A stretch of 64,000 nt of DNA from Shigella phage ESh25. Numbering within the stretch: position 1 is the first letter of the stretch; the number at the start of each line of letters is the position of its first letter. The stretch lies in sequence record ON528735. One strand, 5' to 3'. The notes under the pieces are model-generated. The model had not been told where the DNA came from and did no database searches. It worked only from the letters and a program-made list of their open reading frames with translations. A program made the translations under genes and the position numbers. Of the stretch, positions 39,615 through 48,498 are shown in pieces.

Positions 39615-39848
39615 ATGTTACTAGAATTTAAACAATTTCTTTATGAAGCTTCTATTGATGAATTTATGGGTAAAATTGCCTCTTGTCAAACATTAGAAGG
39701 TTTAGAAGAACTTGAAGCTTATTATAAGAAAAGAGTTAAAGAAACTGAATTAAAAGATACTGATGACATCTCTGTGAGAGATGCTTTGGCAGGAAAAAGA
39801 GCTGAATTAGAAGATTCAGACGATGATGAAGTAGAAGAAAGCTTTTAA
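39615..39848 (+). CDS. uvsW.1: UvsW.1 small acidic protein
   Basis: Start moved to the Met preceded by GGAG SD (MLLEFKQFLYEAS...); acidic C-terminus. Confidence 0.7.
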   Translation: MLLEFKQFLYEASIDEFMGKIASCQTLEGLEELEAYYKKRVKETELKDTDDISVRDALAGKRAELEDSDDDEVEESF

Positions 39849-39903
39849 ATTAAAAAAGGCCCAACCAAAAAGGAAGGGCCAAAACTATAGACTAAAGGTC
39901 ACA

Positions 39904-40071
39904 CTATAGCAAAAGTTGTGTTTCATTTAGTTGTTCTTCCGAACTTTCTGAAACTGATAGTTCTTTAATGTAATTATAACAAGGCCCAGGATGTACAGGA
40001 CCTTTGTCTGTTTCAACAACCAATGCAGAATCGATTGGAGTTTTACAGACAACGCAAATCTTATCTGACAT
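39904..40071 (-). CDS. small Cys-containing protein (T4 uvsY.-2 position), missing from the ORF track
   Basis: Hand translation MSDKICVVCKTPIDSALVVETDKGPVHPGPCYNYIKELSVSESSEEQLNETQLLL (55 aa); GAGGAGACA SD; below the track length cutoff; coordinates +/-2 nt. Confidence 0.5.
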   Translation of the reverse strand: MSDKICVVCKTPIDSALVVETDKGPVHPGPCYNYIKELSVSESSEEQLNETQLLL

Positions 40072-40099
40072 GATTGTCTCCTCTAAATTATATATCTAT

Positions 40100-40324
40100 T
40101 TATATAACTCTCATATGCATATCAATGCCCATATCTTTGGAATAAAAATATTCATCAAGATATCCAGCAAATTTTCCTTTAACATAAAGTACATCTTCAC
40201 CGCATGGGTGGTCGGCCAGGATACGAATATCCTGACGCTTGAGATTATACTTTTTCATTAAGAATTGAATTTCCGTTTCGAATTCTTCTTCATAATTAAA
40301 AGCATCATCAATGCTATATTTCAT
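40100..40324 (-). CDS. hypothetical protein (T4 uvsY.-1 position)
   Basis: 74-aa ORF; its start overlaps the uvsY stop. Confidence 0.6.
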   Translation of the reverse strand: MKYSIDDAFNYEEEFETEIQFLMKKYNLKRQDIRILADHPCGEDVLYVKGKFAGYLDEYFYSKDMGIDMHMRVI

Positions 40325-40737
40325 TATTTTCCAGCCTCAAATGCTCGCATGTCTTGAATATGCTTAATAGCAAATCCGCGTGATTTAATAGCATCAAGAG
40401 CTCCGCTACAGAAATCCAATAAAATTCCCCAATATTGTAATGAAGTATCAACTTTTAAAACATCCTTATCAGCTGATAGAACTGTCTTCATTTCTGATTT
40501 CTCATAACGGTCCATACTAAATTCATCACCATCTCCTCGTCCCGAGTAGTAGTCTAATTTAGCTTTAAGAGCAACTTTTTTCTGTGCTTCAATTCTAAGC
40601 ATTTCCTTTTTAATACTTGAATGCTTATTGAGCCATTTACTATATAACATCACATTATTAGCTGCTTCATACTGCAATTTAGTCGAATCTATAAACACAT
40701 CTTTCTTCAATTCTTCTTGAAGATCTTCTAATCTCAT
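40324..40737 (-). CDS. uvsY: UvsY recombination mediator protein
   Basis: 137 aa, begins MRLEDLQEELKKDVFIDSTKLQYEAANNVMLYSKWLNK; T4 UvsY length. Confidence 0.9.
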   Translation of the reverse strand: MRLEDLQEELKKDVFIDSTKLQYEAANNVMLYSKWLNKHSSIKKEMLRIEAQKKVALKAKLDYYSGRGDGDEFSMDRYEKSEMKTVLSADKDVLKVDTSLQYWGILLDFCSGALDAIKSRGFAIKHIQDMRAFEAGK

Positions 40738-40777
40738 ATTGTTCTCTATTCAATTGTTATTGGATGGACTTAGATTC

Positions 40778-40803
40778 ATTATACCACGTATAAACGTGAA
40801 GCA
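40778..40803 (-). promoter_or_regulatory. MotA-dependent middle promoter for uvsY (MotA box TGCTTCA, 13-nt spacer, TATAAT)
   Basis: Minus strand reads aTGCTTCAcgtttatacgtggTATAATgaatc in the gene 25-uvsY intergenic region; coordinates +/-2 nt. Confidence 0.55.
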
Positions 40804-41202
40804 TTATACTCTATTACTGGAAGCCAGTTGTAGTTTTATCTGCTCAATATCATCAGGGTTATCGATGACTGAAAAGCGTATTTCTACTATCAAAGTATAA
40901 TCATCATAAACCGGTATTACATTAACTGCTAATTTATCAATACGTGGCTCATAGTTTCTTACTGCGCTTTCGATGTTACGCTCAACTGTGTCAGCAGTAA
41001 GAGGAGTCATATTTTCAAAAAGCTGGTCTGATAAATCACATCCAAATTCAGGGTCAAACGGTCTTGAACCTTTTCTTGTTGTAATAATTCCCAAAAGACT
41101 GTTTTTAATTGACCTTAATCCAAGCGATCTGGAAACGTCTTTGTCCCAGTCCATTTTCATTTCTGGGTCGATGTCAGAATAAAGCTTATTAATATTTGCC
41201 AT
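40804..41202 (-). CDS. 25: gp25 baseplate wedge protein (lysozyme-like fold family)
   Basis: 132 aa, T4 gp25 length; overlaps gene 26 stop. Confidence 0.9.
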   Translation of the reverse strand: MANINKLYSDIDPEMKMDWDKDVSRSLGLRSIKNSLLGIITTRKGSRPFDPEFGCDLSDQLFENMTPLTADTVERNIESAVRNYEPRIDKLAVNVIPVYDDYTLIVEIRFSVIDNPDDIEQIKLQLASSNRV

Positions 41203-41828
41203 TATAGTAACTCAAAGAACTCTTTGAGGCCTCTTATTACATGAGCATGGGTTTTTCCACACTCTGGACATTTAATTGGAACAGCCAAATAAACGGTAGG
41301 CTTTAAAAGCATATCTTTTATAGCTACAATATCTGACTCTGTGATGATAGAATATAAATCTTCTAGTTCCTTTTCATTTAAGTCTTCAACTGGAATGCTT
41401 TCCCCGTTAGCATGAATCGTTTCTATGCATGATACTATCATGTGGGCTATATTTTTATCATCAAAAATTTTAGGGTATCGGAATTTAATTTTAATGTCAC
41501 CCAGTGTATACCAGAGGTCTTCTGGTGCATCTATTTGTGTATGTAATAGATTTATATGGGTTGGTATTTCAGTTCCACAGGTGCACTTCCAGGAGTTTTC
41601 GTGATTAACTTCACCAAGAGAATGTGCCCATAAATGAATCAACAGTAGTTCTGATTCTTGGCGGTTTAAATCTTTTGCATTTGTGCAGTCTTTGATTAGC
41701 TTTTTAACAATTACTTCTACAGAACCATTATTTTTGGCAGTAATAAGTTCTAGATATTCTTTAAGCGTGAATGCGCGACAGTTGATTATTTTAGAACCAA
41801 CTCTCACATCAAATTTGTATTCATACAT
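41202..41828 (-). CDS. 26: gp26 baseplate hub protein
   Basis: 208 aa, T4 gp26 length; GGAG SD. Confidence 0.85.
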   Translation of the reverse strand: MYEYKFDVRVGSKIINCRAFTLKEYLELITAKNNGSVEVIVKKLIKDCTNAKDLNRQESELLLIHLWAHSLGEVNHENSWKCTCGTEIPTHINLLHTQIDAPEDLWYTLGDIKIKFRYPKIFDDKNIAHMIVSCIETIHANGESIPVEDLNEKELEDLYSIITESDIVAIKDMLLKPTVYLAVPIKCPECGKTHAHVIRGLKEFFELL

Positions 41829-41849
41829 ATTTAGCTCCTTTATTTATCA

Positions 41850-41857
41850 TATTTATA
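41850..41857 (-). promoter_or_regulatory. late promoter TATAAATA (minus strand) for genes 26/25
   Basis: Plus strand reads tatttata about 22 nt upstream of the gene 26 ATG; overlaps the divergent gene 51 promoter. Confidence 0.6.
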
Positions 41858-41861
41858 AATA
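41854..41861 (+). promoter_or_regulatory. late promoter TATAAATA for gene 51
   Basis: Exact TATAAATA 18 nt upstream of the gene 51 ATG, followed by AAGGAG SD. Confidence 0.65.
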
Positions 41862-41878
41862 GAATAAAAGGAGCATCT

Positions 41879-42631
41879 ATGGCAAACATTATTCGTTGTA
41901 AATTACCAGATGGTGTTCATCGTTTTAAACCATTTACGGTAGAAGATTATCGAGATTTTTTGTTAGTTCGAAACGATATAGAACATCGGTCACCACAAGA
42001 ACAAAAAGAAGTAATTGCTGATTTAATTGCTGATTATTTTGGAGACTATCCAAAGACTTGGCAACCATTTATATTTTTGCAGGTATTTGTAGGGTCAATA
42101 GGTAAAACTAAAGTACCAGTCACATTTGTATGTCCAAAATGTAAAAAAGAAAAGACAGTTCCATTTGAAATATACCAAAAAGAATTAAAGGAGCCTGTTT
42201 TTGATATAGCTAATGTTAAAATTAAATTAAAGTTTCCTTCTGAGTTTTATGAAAATAAAGCAAAGATGATTACTGAAAATATTCATTCTGTTCAAGTAGA
42301 TGAAATATGGTATGATTGGAAGGAAATTAGCGAATCAAGTCAAATAGAACTTGTTGATGCCATCGAGATAGAAACATTAGAAAAAATTCTCGATGCAATG
42401 AATCCTATTAATTTAACATTGCACATGTCGTGTTGTGATAAGTACATTAAAAAATACACTGATATAGTAGATGTGTTTAAGCTATTAGTTAATCCAGATG
42501 AGATATTTACTTTTTATCAAATTAATCACACACTCGTAAAAAGTAATTATAGCTTAAATTCAATAATGAAAATGATTCCTGCCGAGCGCGGATTCGTATT
42601 AAAACTGATTGAGAAGGATAAACAACAATGA
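41879..42631 (+). CDS. 51: gp51 baseplate hub assembly catalyst
   Basis: 250 aa with Cys pairs (CPKCKKEK ... CCDKY); synteny. Confidence 0.85.
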   Translation: MANIIRCKLPDGVHRFKPFTVEDYRDFLLVRNDIEHRSPQEQKEVIADLIADYFGDYPKTWQPFIFLQVFVGSIGKTKVPVTFVCPKCKKEKTVPFEIYQKELKEPVFDIANVKIKLKFPSEFYENKAKMITENIHSVQVDEIWYDWKEISESSQIELVDAIEIETLEKILDAMNPINLTLHMSCCDKYIKKYTDIVDVFKLLVNPDEIFTFYQINHTLVKSNYSLNSIMKMIPAERGFVLKLIEKDKQQ

Positions 42632-43800
42632 GTATGTTGCAACGCCCCGGATATCCAAATCTCAGCGTTAAATTATTTGAGAGTTATGACGCTTGGAGTA
42701 ATAATAGATTTGTTGAATTAGCTGCTACTATTACCACATTAACTATGCGTGACTCTCTTTATGGTCGAAATGAAGGAATGCTACAATTTTATGATTCTAA
42801 AAACATTCATACAAAAATGGATGGAAATGAAATAATTCAGATTTCTGTAGCTAATGCAAACGATATTAATAATGTTAAAACACGAATTTATGGATGCAAG
42901 CATTTTTCCGTGTCAGTAGATTCAAAAGGCGATAACATCATTGCTATTGAATTGGGAACTATTCATTCTATAGAAAATCTTAAATTTGGTAGACCGTTTT
43001 TCCCTGATGCAGGTGAATCTATAAAAGAAATGCTTGGCGTCATTTATCAAGACCGTACATTATTAACTCCAGCTATAAATGCTATAAATGCTTATGTTCC
43101 TGATATTCCGTGGACTAGCACATTTGAAAACTATTTGTCATATGTAAGAGAAGTTGCTCTAGCTGTAGGAAGTGACAAATTTGTATTTGTGTGGCAAGAC
43201 ATCATGGGAGTTAACATGATGGACTATGATATGATGATAAATCAAGAACCATATCCAATGATTGTAGGTGAGCCAACTTTAATAGGTCAATTCATCCAAG
43301 AATTGAAATATCCATTAGCATATGATTTTGTTTGGTTGACTAAATCAAACCCGCATAAACGTGATCCAATGAAAAATGCTACTATCTATGCGCATTCGTT
43401 TTTGGATTCTTCATTGCCAATGATTACTACAGGAAAGGGTGAAAACTCTATTGTAGTGTCAAGGTCAGGTGCTTATTCTGAAATGACTTATAGGAATGGC
43501 TATGAAGAAGCTATTCGTCTTCAAACTATGGCGCAATATGATGGCTATGCTAAATGTTCTACTGTCGGTAATTTTAACTTGACTCCTGGTGTTAAAATTA
43601 TTTTTAATGATAGTAAAAACCAATTTAAAACAGAATTTTACGTTGATGAAGTTATCCATGAATTATCAAATAATAATTCAGTAACTCATCTATATATGTT
43701 CACTAATGCAACGAAACTGGAAACAATAGACCCAGTTAAGGTTAAAAATGAATTTAAATCTGATACTACCACTGAAGAAAGTAGTTCTTCCAATAAGTAA
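42628..43800 (+). CDS. 27: gp27 baseplate hub protein
   Basis: 390 aa; ATGA overlap with gene 51; synteny. Confidence 0.9.
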   Translation: MSMLQRPGYPNLSVKLFESYDAWSNNRFVELAATITTLTMRDSLYGRNEGMLQFYDSKNIHTKMDGNEIIQISVANANDINNVKTRIYGCKHFSVSVDSKGDNIIAIELGTIHSIENLKFGRPFFPDAGESIKEMLGVIYQDRTLLTPAINAINAYVPDIPWTSTFENYLSYVREVALAVGSDKFVFVWQDIMGVNMMDYDMMINQEPYPMIVGEPTLIGQFIQELKYPLAYDFVWLTKSNPHKRDPMKNATIYAHSFLDSSLPMITTGKGENSIVVSRSGAYSEMTYRNGYEEAIRLQTMAQYDGYAKCSTVGNFNLTPGVKIIFNDSKNQFKTEFYVDEVIHELSNNNSVTHLYMFTNATKLETIDPVKVKNEFKSDTTTEESSSSNK

Positions 43801-44281
43801 TAAAGAAGTTTCTATTCCTAAGATGGGTCTTAAACATTATAACATTTTAAAAGATGTTAAAGGTCCTGATGAAAATTTAAAACTTCTTATTGATTCTATT
43901 TGTCCGAATTTATCACCGGCAGAAGTTGATTTCGTTTCTATTCATTTATTGGAATTTAATGGAAAGATTAAATCTCGTAAAGAAATAGATGGTTATACTT
44001 ATGATATTAATGACGTTTATGTATGTCAAAGATTGGAATTTCAATACCAAGGAAATACATTTTATTTTAGACCTCCTGGAAAATTTGAACAATTTTTAAC
44101 TGTAAGCGATATGTTATCCAAATGCTTGCTTAAGGTCAATGATGAAGTTAAAGAAATTAATTTTCTTGAGATGCCAGCATTTGTTTTAAAATGGGCAAAT
44201 GATATTTCTACAACTTTAGCAATTCCTGGCCCTAATGGTCCAATAACCGGAATTGGCAATATTATTGGATTATTTGAATGA
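43748..44281 (+). CDS. 28: gp28 baseplate hub distal protein
   Basis: 177 aa; overlaps gene 27 3' end and gene 29 start. Confidence 0.8.
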   Translation: MNLNLILPLKKVVLPISNKEVSIPKMGLKHYNILKDVKGPDENLKLLIDSICPNLSPAEVDFVSIHLLEFNGKIKSRKEIDGYTYDINDVYVCQRLEFQYQGNTFYFRPPGKFEQFLTVSDMLSKCLLKVNDEVKEINFLEMPAFVLKWANDISTTLAIPGPNGPITGIGNIIGLFE

Positions 44282-46050
44282 AAAAGCCACAAGAAATGCA
44301 AACGATGCGTAGAAAAGTTATTTCAGATAATAAACCAACACAGGAAGCGGCTAAATCCGCTTCTAATACTTTATCTGGTCTTAATGACATTTCTACAAAA
44401 TTAGATGATGCTCAAGCTGCCTCTGAATTAATAGCTCAGACTGTTGAAGAAAAATCAAATGAAATAGTTGGAGCAATTGATAACGTTGAAAGCGCAGTAA
44501 GTGATACTACTGCCGGTTCTGAGTTAATTGCCGAGACTGTTGAAATTGGCAATAATATCAATAAAGAAATAGGCGAATCACTCGGAAGCAAATTAGATAA
44601 ATTAACGAGTTTATTAGAACAAAAAATTCAAACAGCTGGAATTCAACAGACTGGAACGAGTTTAGCAGTAGTCGAAAATGCTATTCCTGTTAAAGTCGTC
44701 GAGGATGATACAGCTGAATCTGTGGGTCCTTTATTACCGGCTCCTGAAGCAGTTAATAATGATCCTGATGCTGATTTTTTCCCTACTCCTAAGCCAATTG
44801 AACCAAAACAAGAGTCTCCAGAAGAGAAGCAAAAAAGAGACGCATTTAACTTAAAATTATCTCAAGCTTTAGATAAATTAACAAAGACAGTTGATTTCGG
44901 ATTTAAGAAATCTATTTCAATTACTGATAAAATATCTAGCATGCTATTTAAGTATACCGTCAGTGCTGCTATTGAAGCTGCTAAAATGGTTGCATTGATA
45001 ATGGCTGTTGTTATTGGAATAGACCTGCTGATGGTTCATTTTAAATACTGGTCAGATAAATTTTCAAAAGCCTGGGATTTATTTAGCACTGATTTTAAAA
45101 CTTTCTCAAGCGAAACAGGAACTTGGGGCCCTTTATTACAAAGCATCTTTGAATCTATTGATGAAATTAAAAAGTTCTGGGAAGCTGGAGATTGGGGCGG
45201 ATTAACAGTAGCTATTGTTGAAGGGCTTGGAAGTGTTCTTTATAATTTAGGAGAGCTTATTCAACTTGGAATGGCTAAATTATCTGCGGCAATTCTTCGA
45301 GTTATTCCTGGTATGAAGGATACTGCTGATGAAGTAGAAGGAAGAGCACTAGAAAATTTCCAAAATACTACAAATGCTTCTCTTAGCAAAGAAGACCAAG
45401 AAAAAGTTGCAAATTATCAATATAAAAGAATGAATGGCGATCTTGGTCCAATAGCAAAAGGGCTAGACAAAATTGCGAACTGGAAAACTCGTGCATCTAA
45501 CTGGATTCGTGGTGTTGATAATAAAGAAGCACTAACGACTGATGAAGAGAGAGCAGAGGAAGAAGAAAAATTAAAGCAACTTTCTCCGGAGGAAGCTAAA
45601 ATTGCTTTAATGAAAGCTAATGAAGCTCGTGCTGCTATGAATCGTTTTGATGAATACGCTAATTCAGCTGATATGAGTAAAGACTCAACGGTTAAATCAG
45701 TTGAATCTGCCTATGAAGACCTTAAAAAACGGATGGATGACCCGGATTTAAATAATTCACCGGCAGTTAAAAAAGAACTTGCTTCTAGATTTGCTAAAAT
45801 TGATGCTACTTATCAAGAGCTCAAGAAAAATCAGCCTAATGCCAAACCTGAAACTTCTGCTAAATCACCAGAAGCGAAACAGGTCCAGGTTATTGAAAAG
45901 AACAAAGCACAGCAAGCTCCTGTTCAACAAGCATCTCCTTCGATCAATAATACTAATAATGTTATTAAGAAAAATACTGTCGTTCATAATATGACACCCG
46001 TAACGAGCACGACTGCTCCTGGTGTATTTGATGCGACTGGAGTTAATTAA
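44278..46050 (+). CDS. 29: gp29 tail tape-measure / baseplate hub protein
   Basis: 590 aa, helical and charged with a hydrophobic central segment (AAIEAAKMVALIMAVVIGIDLLMV). Confidence 0.9.
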   Translation: MKKPQEMQTMRRKVISDNKPTQEAAKSASNTLSGLNDISTKLDDAQAASELIAQTVEEKSNEIVGAIDNVESAVSDTTAGSELIAETVEIGNNINKEIGESLGSKLDKLTSLLEQKIQTAGIQQTGTSLAVVENAIPVKVVEDDTAESVGPLLPAPEAVNNDPDADFFPTPKPIEPKQESPEEKQKRDAFNLKLSQALDKLTKTVDFGFKKSISITDKISSMLFKYTVSAAIEAAKMVALIMAVVIGIDLLMVHFKYWSDKFSKAWDLFSTDFKTFSSETGTWGPLLQSIFESIDEIKKFWEAGDWGGLTVAIVEGLGSVLYNLGELIQLGMAKLSAAILRVIPGMKDTADEVEGRALENFQNTTNASLSKEDQEKVANYQYKRMNGDLGPIAKGLDKIANWKTRASNWIRGVDNKEALTTDEERAEEEEKLKQLSPEEAKIALMKANEARAAMNRFDEYANSADMSKDSTVKSVESAYEDLKKRMDDPDLNNSPAVKKELASRFAKIDATYQELKKNQPNAKPETSAKSPEAKQVQVIEKNKAQQAPVQQASPSINNTNNVIKKNTVVHNMTPVTSTTAPGVFDATGVN

Positions 46051-46058
46051 GGAATAAT

Positions 46059-47153
46059 ATGGCAATTGTTAAAGAAATAACTGCTGATTTAATTAAAAAG
46101 TCCGGTGAGAAAATTTCAGCCGGACAGAGTACTAAATCAGAAGTAGGAACTAAAACATACACAGCCCAGTTTCCAACTGGGCGTGCTAGTGGTAATGACA
46201 CTACAGGGGACTTCCAGGTAACAGATCTATATAAGAATGGATTATTATTTACTGCATACAATATGTCATCTAGGGATTCTGGAAGTCTTAGAACGATGAG
46301 ATCTAACTACTCTTCTTCATCTTCGAGTATTTTACGTACAGCCAGAAACACTATCAGTAATACAGTATCAAAACTATCAAATGGACTAATATCAGATAAT
46401 AATTCAGGAACAATAAGTAAAGTTCCTGTTGCAAATATTCTTTTACCTAGATCTAAATCTGACGTCGATACGTCATCACATAGATTTAATGATGTTCAAG
46501 ATAGTCTTATTACAAAAGGTGGAGGTACTGCTACTGGCGTGTTAAGCAATATGGCTTCAACTGCAGTATTTGGAGCACTGGAAAGTATAACACAAGGTAT
46601 AATGGCTGATAATAATGAACAGATTTATACGACAGCCAGAAGTATGTATGGTGGTGCTGAGAATAGAACTAAAGTGTTCACTTGGGATTTGACTCCGCGT
46701 TCCACAGAAGATTTAATGGCTATTATTAATATCTATCAATATTTTAACTATTTTTCTTATGGTGAAACGGGTAAATCTCAATATGCTGCTGAAATAAAAG
46801 GATATCTAGATGAGTGGTATCGCTCTACTTTTATTGAGCCATTAACTCCAGAAGATGCAGTTAAAAATAAGACGTTATTTGAGAAAATGACATCGAGTTT
46901 AACTAACGTTCTTGTAGTTTCAAACCCGACAATTTGGATGGTGAAAAACTTTGGTGCAACATCTAAGTTTGATGGAAAAACGGAAATATTCGGTCCATGT
47001 CAAATCCAGAGTATCAGATTTGATAAAACACCTAATGGTAACTTTAACGGATTAGCTATTGCTCCAAATCTCCCTAGTACATTTACTCTCGAGATTACTA
47101 TGAGAGAAATTATCACGTTAAACCGTGCTTCTTTATATGCGGGGACTTTTTAA
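46059..47153 (+). CDS. 48: gp48 baseplate tail-tube cap
   Basis: 364 aa, T4 gp48 length and position. Confidence 0.85.
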   Translation: MAIVKEITADLIKKSGEKISAGQSTKSEVGTKTYTAQFPTGRASGNDTTGDFQVTDLYKNGLLFTAYNMSSRDSGSLRTMRSNYSSSSSSILRTARNTISNTVSKLSNGLISDNNSGTISKVPVANILLPRSKSDVDTSSHRFNDVQDSLITKGGGTATGVLSNMASTAVFGALESITQGIMADNNEQIYTTARSMYGGAENRTKVFTWDLTPRSTEDLMAIINIYQYFNYFSYGETGKSQYAAEIKGYLDEWYRSTFIEPLTPEDAVKNKTLFEKMTSSLTNVLVVSNPTIWMVKNFGATSKFDGKTEIFGPCQIQSIRFDKTPNGNFNGLAIAPNLPSTFTLEITMREIITLNRASLYAGTF

Positions 47154-48118
47154 TGTATTCTTTAGAGGAATTTAATAATCAAGCAATAAACGCAGATTTC
47201 CAACGTAATAATATGTTCAGCTGTGTTTTTGCTACAACTCCATCAACTAAAAGCTCTTCGTTGATAAGTTCAATTAGCAACTTTTCTTATAATAACTTGG
47301 GCCTAAATTCAGATTGGTTAGGATTAACTCAAGGCGATATTAATCAGGGAATTACTACGCTAATTACAGCTGGCACACAAAAACTGATAAGAAAATCAGG
47401 GGTTAGTAAATATCTTATTGGTGCCATGAGTCAACGTACAGTTCAAAGTTTATTAGGCTCATTTACAGTTGGTACATATTTAATTGACTTCTTTAACATG
47501 GCATATAACTCATCTGGATTGATGATATACTCTGTAAAAATGCCAGAGAATAGATTATCCTATGAAACTGACTGGAACTATAATTCTCCTAATATTCGTA
47601 TAACTGGGAGAGAATTAGATCCTTTGGTTATTTCATTTAGAATGGATTCAGAAGCTTGTAACTATCGTGCAATGCAAGACTGGGTTAACGCTGTTCAAGA
47701 CCCAGTAACTGGATTGCGTGCTTTGCCGCAAGATGTCGAGGCAGATATTCAGGTTAATCTTCATTCTCGCAATGGATTACCACATACTGCGGTGATGTTC
47801 ACTGGATGCATTCCAGTGTCCGTAAGCGCTCCTGAGTTATCATATGATGGAGATAACCAAATAACTACATTTGATGTTACTTTTGCGTATAGAGTGATGC
47901 AGGCTGGAGCAGTTGATAGACAAGCTGCCCTTGAATGGCTTGAATCTGCTACTATAAATGGTATTCAAAGCGTTCTCGGAAATAGTGGAGGTGTTACTGG
48001 ACTATCTAATTCGCTTTCACGACTTAGTAGATTAGGGGGAACTGCAGGAAGCATTTCAAATATTAATACTATGACAGGAATTGTCAATTCGCAAAGTAAA
48101 ATATTAGGAGCAATATAA
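47153..48118 (+). CDS. 54: gp54 baseplate tail-tube initiator
   Basis: 321 aa; TAATG overlap with gene 48. Confidence 0.85.
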   Translation: MYSLEEFNNQAINADFQRNNMFSCVFATTPSTKSSSLISSISNFSYNNLGLNSDWLGLTQGDINQGITTLITAGTQKLIRKSGVSKYLIGAMSQRTVQSLLGSFTVGTYLIDFFNMAYNSSGLMIYSVKMPENRLSYETDWNYNSPNIRITGRELDPLVISFRMDSEACNYRAMQDWVNAVQDPVTGLRALPQDVEADIQVNLHSRNGLPHTAVMFTGCIPVSVSAPELSYDGDNQITTFDVTFAYRVMQAGAVDRQAALEWLESATINGIQSVLGNSGGVTGLSNSLSRLSRLGGTAGSISNINTMTGIVNSQSKILGAI

Positions 48119-48122
48119 CAAT

Positions 48123-48140
48123 GGGGACCTTTCGGTCCCC
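48123..48140. terminator. hairpin GGGGACC-tttc-GGTCCCC between gene 54 (+) and the alt-region genes (-)
   Basis: 7-bp GC stem between convergent transcription units, followed by atatttttat. Confidence 0.6.
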
Positions 48141-48146
48141 ATATTT

Positions 48147-48437
48147 TTATTTACGGAATGAAATAAAAGCAGCAACTGAAGCAACAGAGGTTTCTTCAAT
48201 ATAAACCTCAATTTTTACCGGAGCTTCTGACTCAAATTTACCTGTTACTACACCTTGGAAAATACTTTCAGTCTGTTCTGGCTTTGAAAAATTTTCAGAA
48301 GGAAAAATTCCGAACTTTTTATCGGTTCCGAAAATTTTAATAAATTCATCATAAACTGCTTCATTGAAAGCGTTATCAGCAGGAATAACGCCTTCAACTA
48401 CAAGTTCTTGACCTAAAAAGCGTAAAGAAGATTTCAT
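48147..48437 (-). CDS. hypothetical protein (T4 alt.-3 position)
   Basis: 96-aa ORF with GAGGAA SD, immediately downstream of early-promoter cassette copy A. Confidence 0.6.
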   Translation of the reverse strand: MKSSLRFLGQELVVEGVIPADNAFNEAVYDEFIKIFGTDKKFGIFPSENFSKPEQTESIFQGVVTGKFESEAPVKIEVYIEETSVASVAAFISFRK

Positions 48438-48445
48438 TTTGTGTT

Positions 48446-48498
48446 CCTCATGTTATGTCAGTAAGATTACTATAACACAACACGAGGGACTTGTAAAC
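48446..48498 (-). promoter_or_regulatory. early-promoter cassette, copy A (-35 GTTTAC, extended -10 TGnTATAGT, 5' UTR and SD)
   Basis: Minus strand reads GTTTACAAGTCCCTCGTGTTGTGTTATAGTAATCTTACTGACATAACATGAGG; 52 of 53 identical to copy B at 63770-63822. Confidence 0.6.

Noticed and set aside
38081-39848. Possible frameshifted single uvsW gene (uvsW plus uvsW.1 as one pseudogene-like split)
   Set aside because: The two ORFs are in separate frames with a hairpin and an SD between them, which is consistent with two genes; no evidence of a disrupted single reading frame.
40004-40261. 85-aa plus-strand ORF overlapping the uvsY-upstream small ORFs
   Set aside because: Antisense to two minus-strand ORFs with good SDs and coupling; AT-rich, Ile/Phe-rich translation typical of spurious frames.
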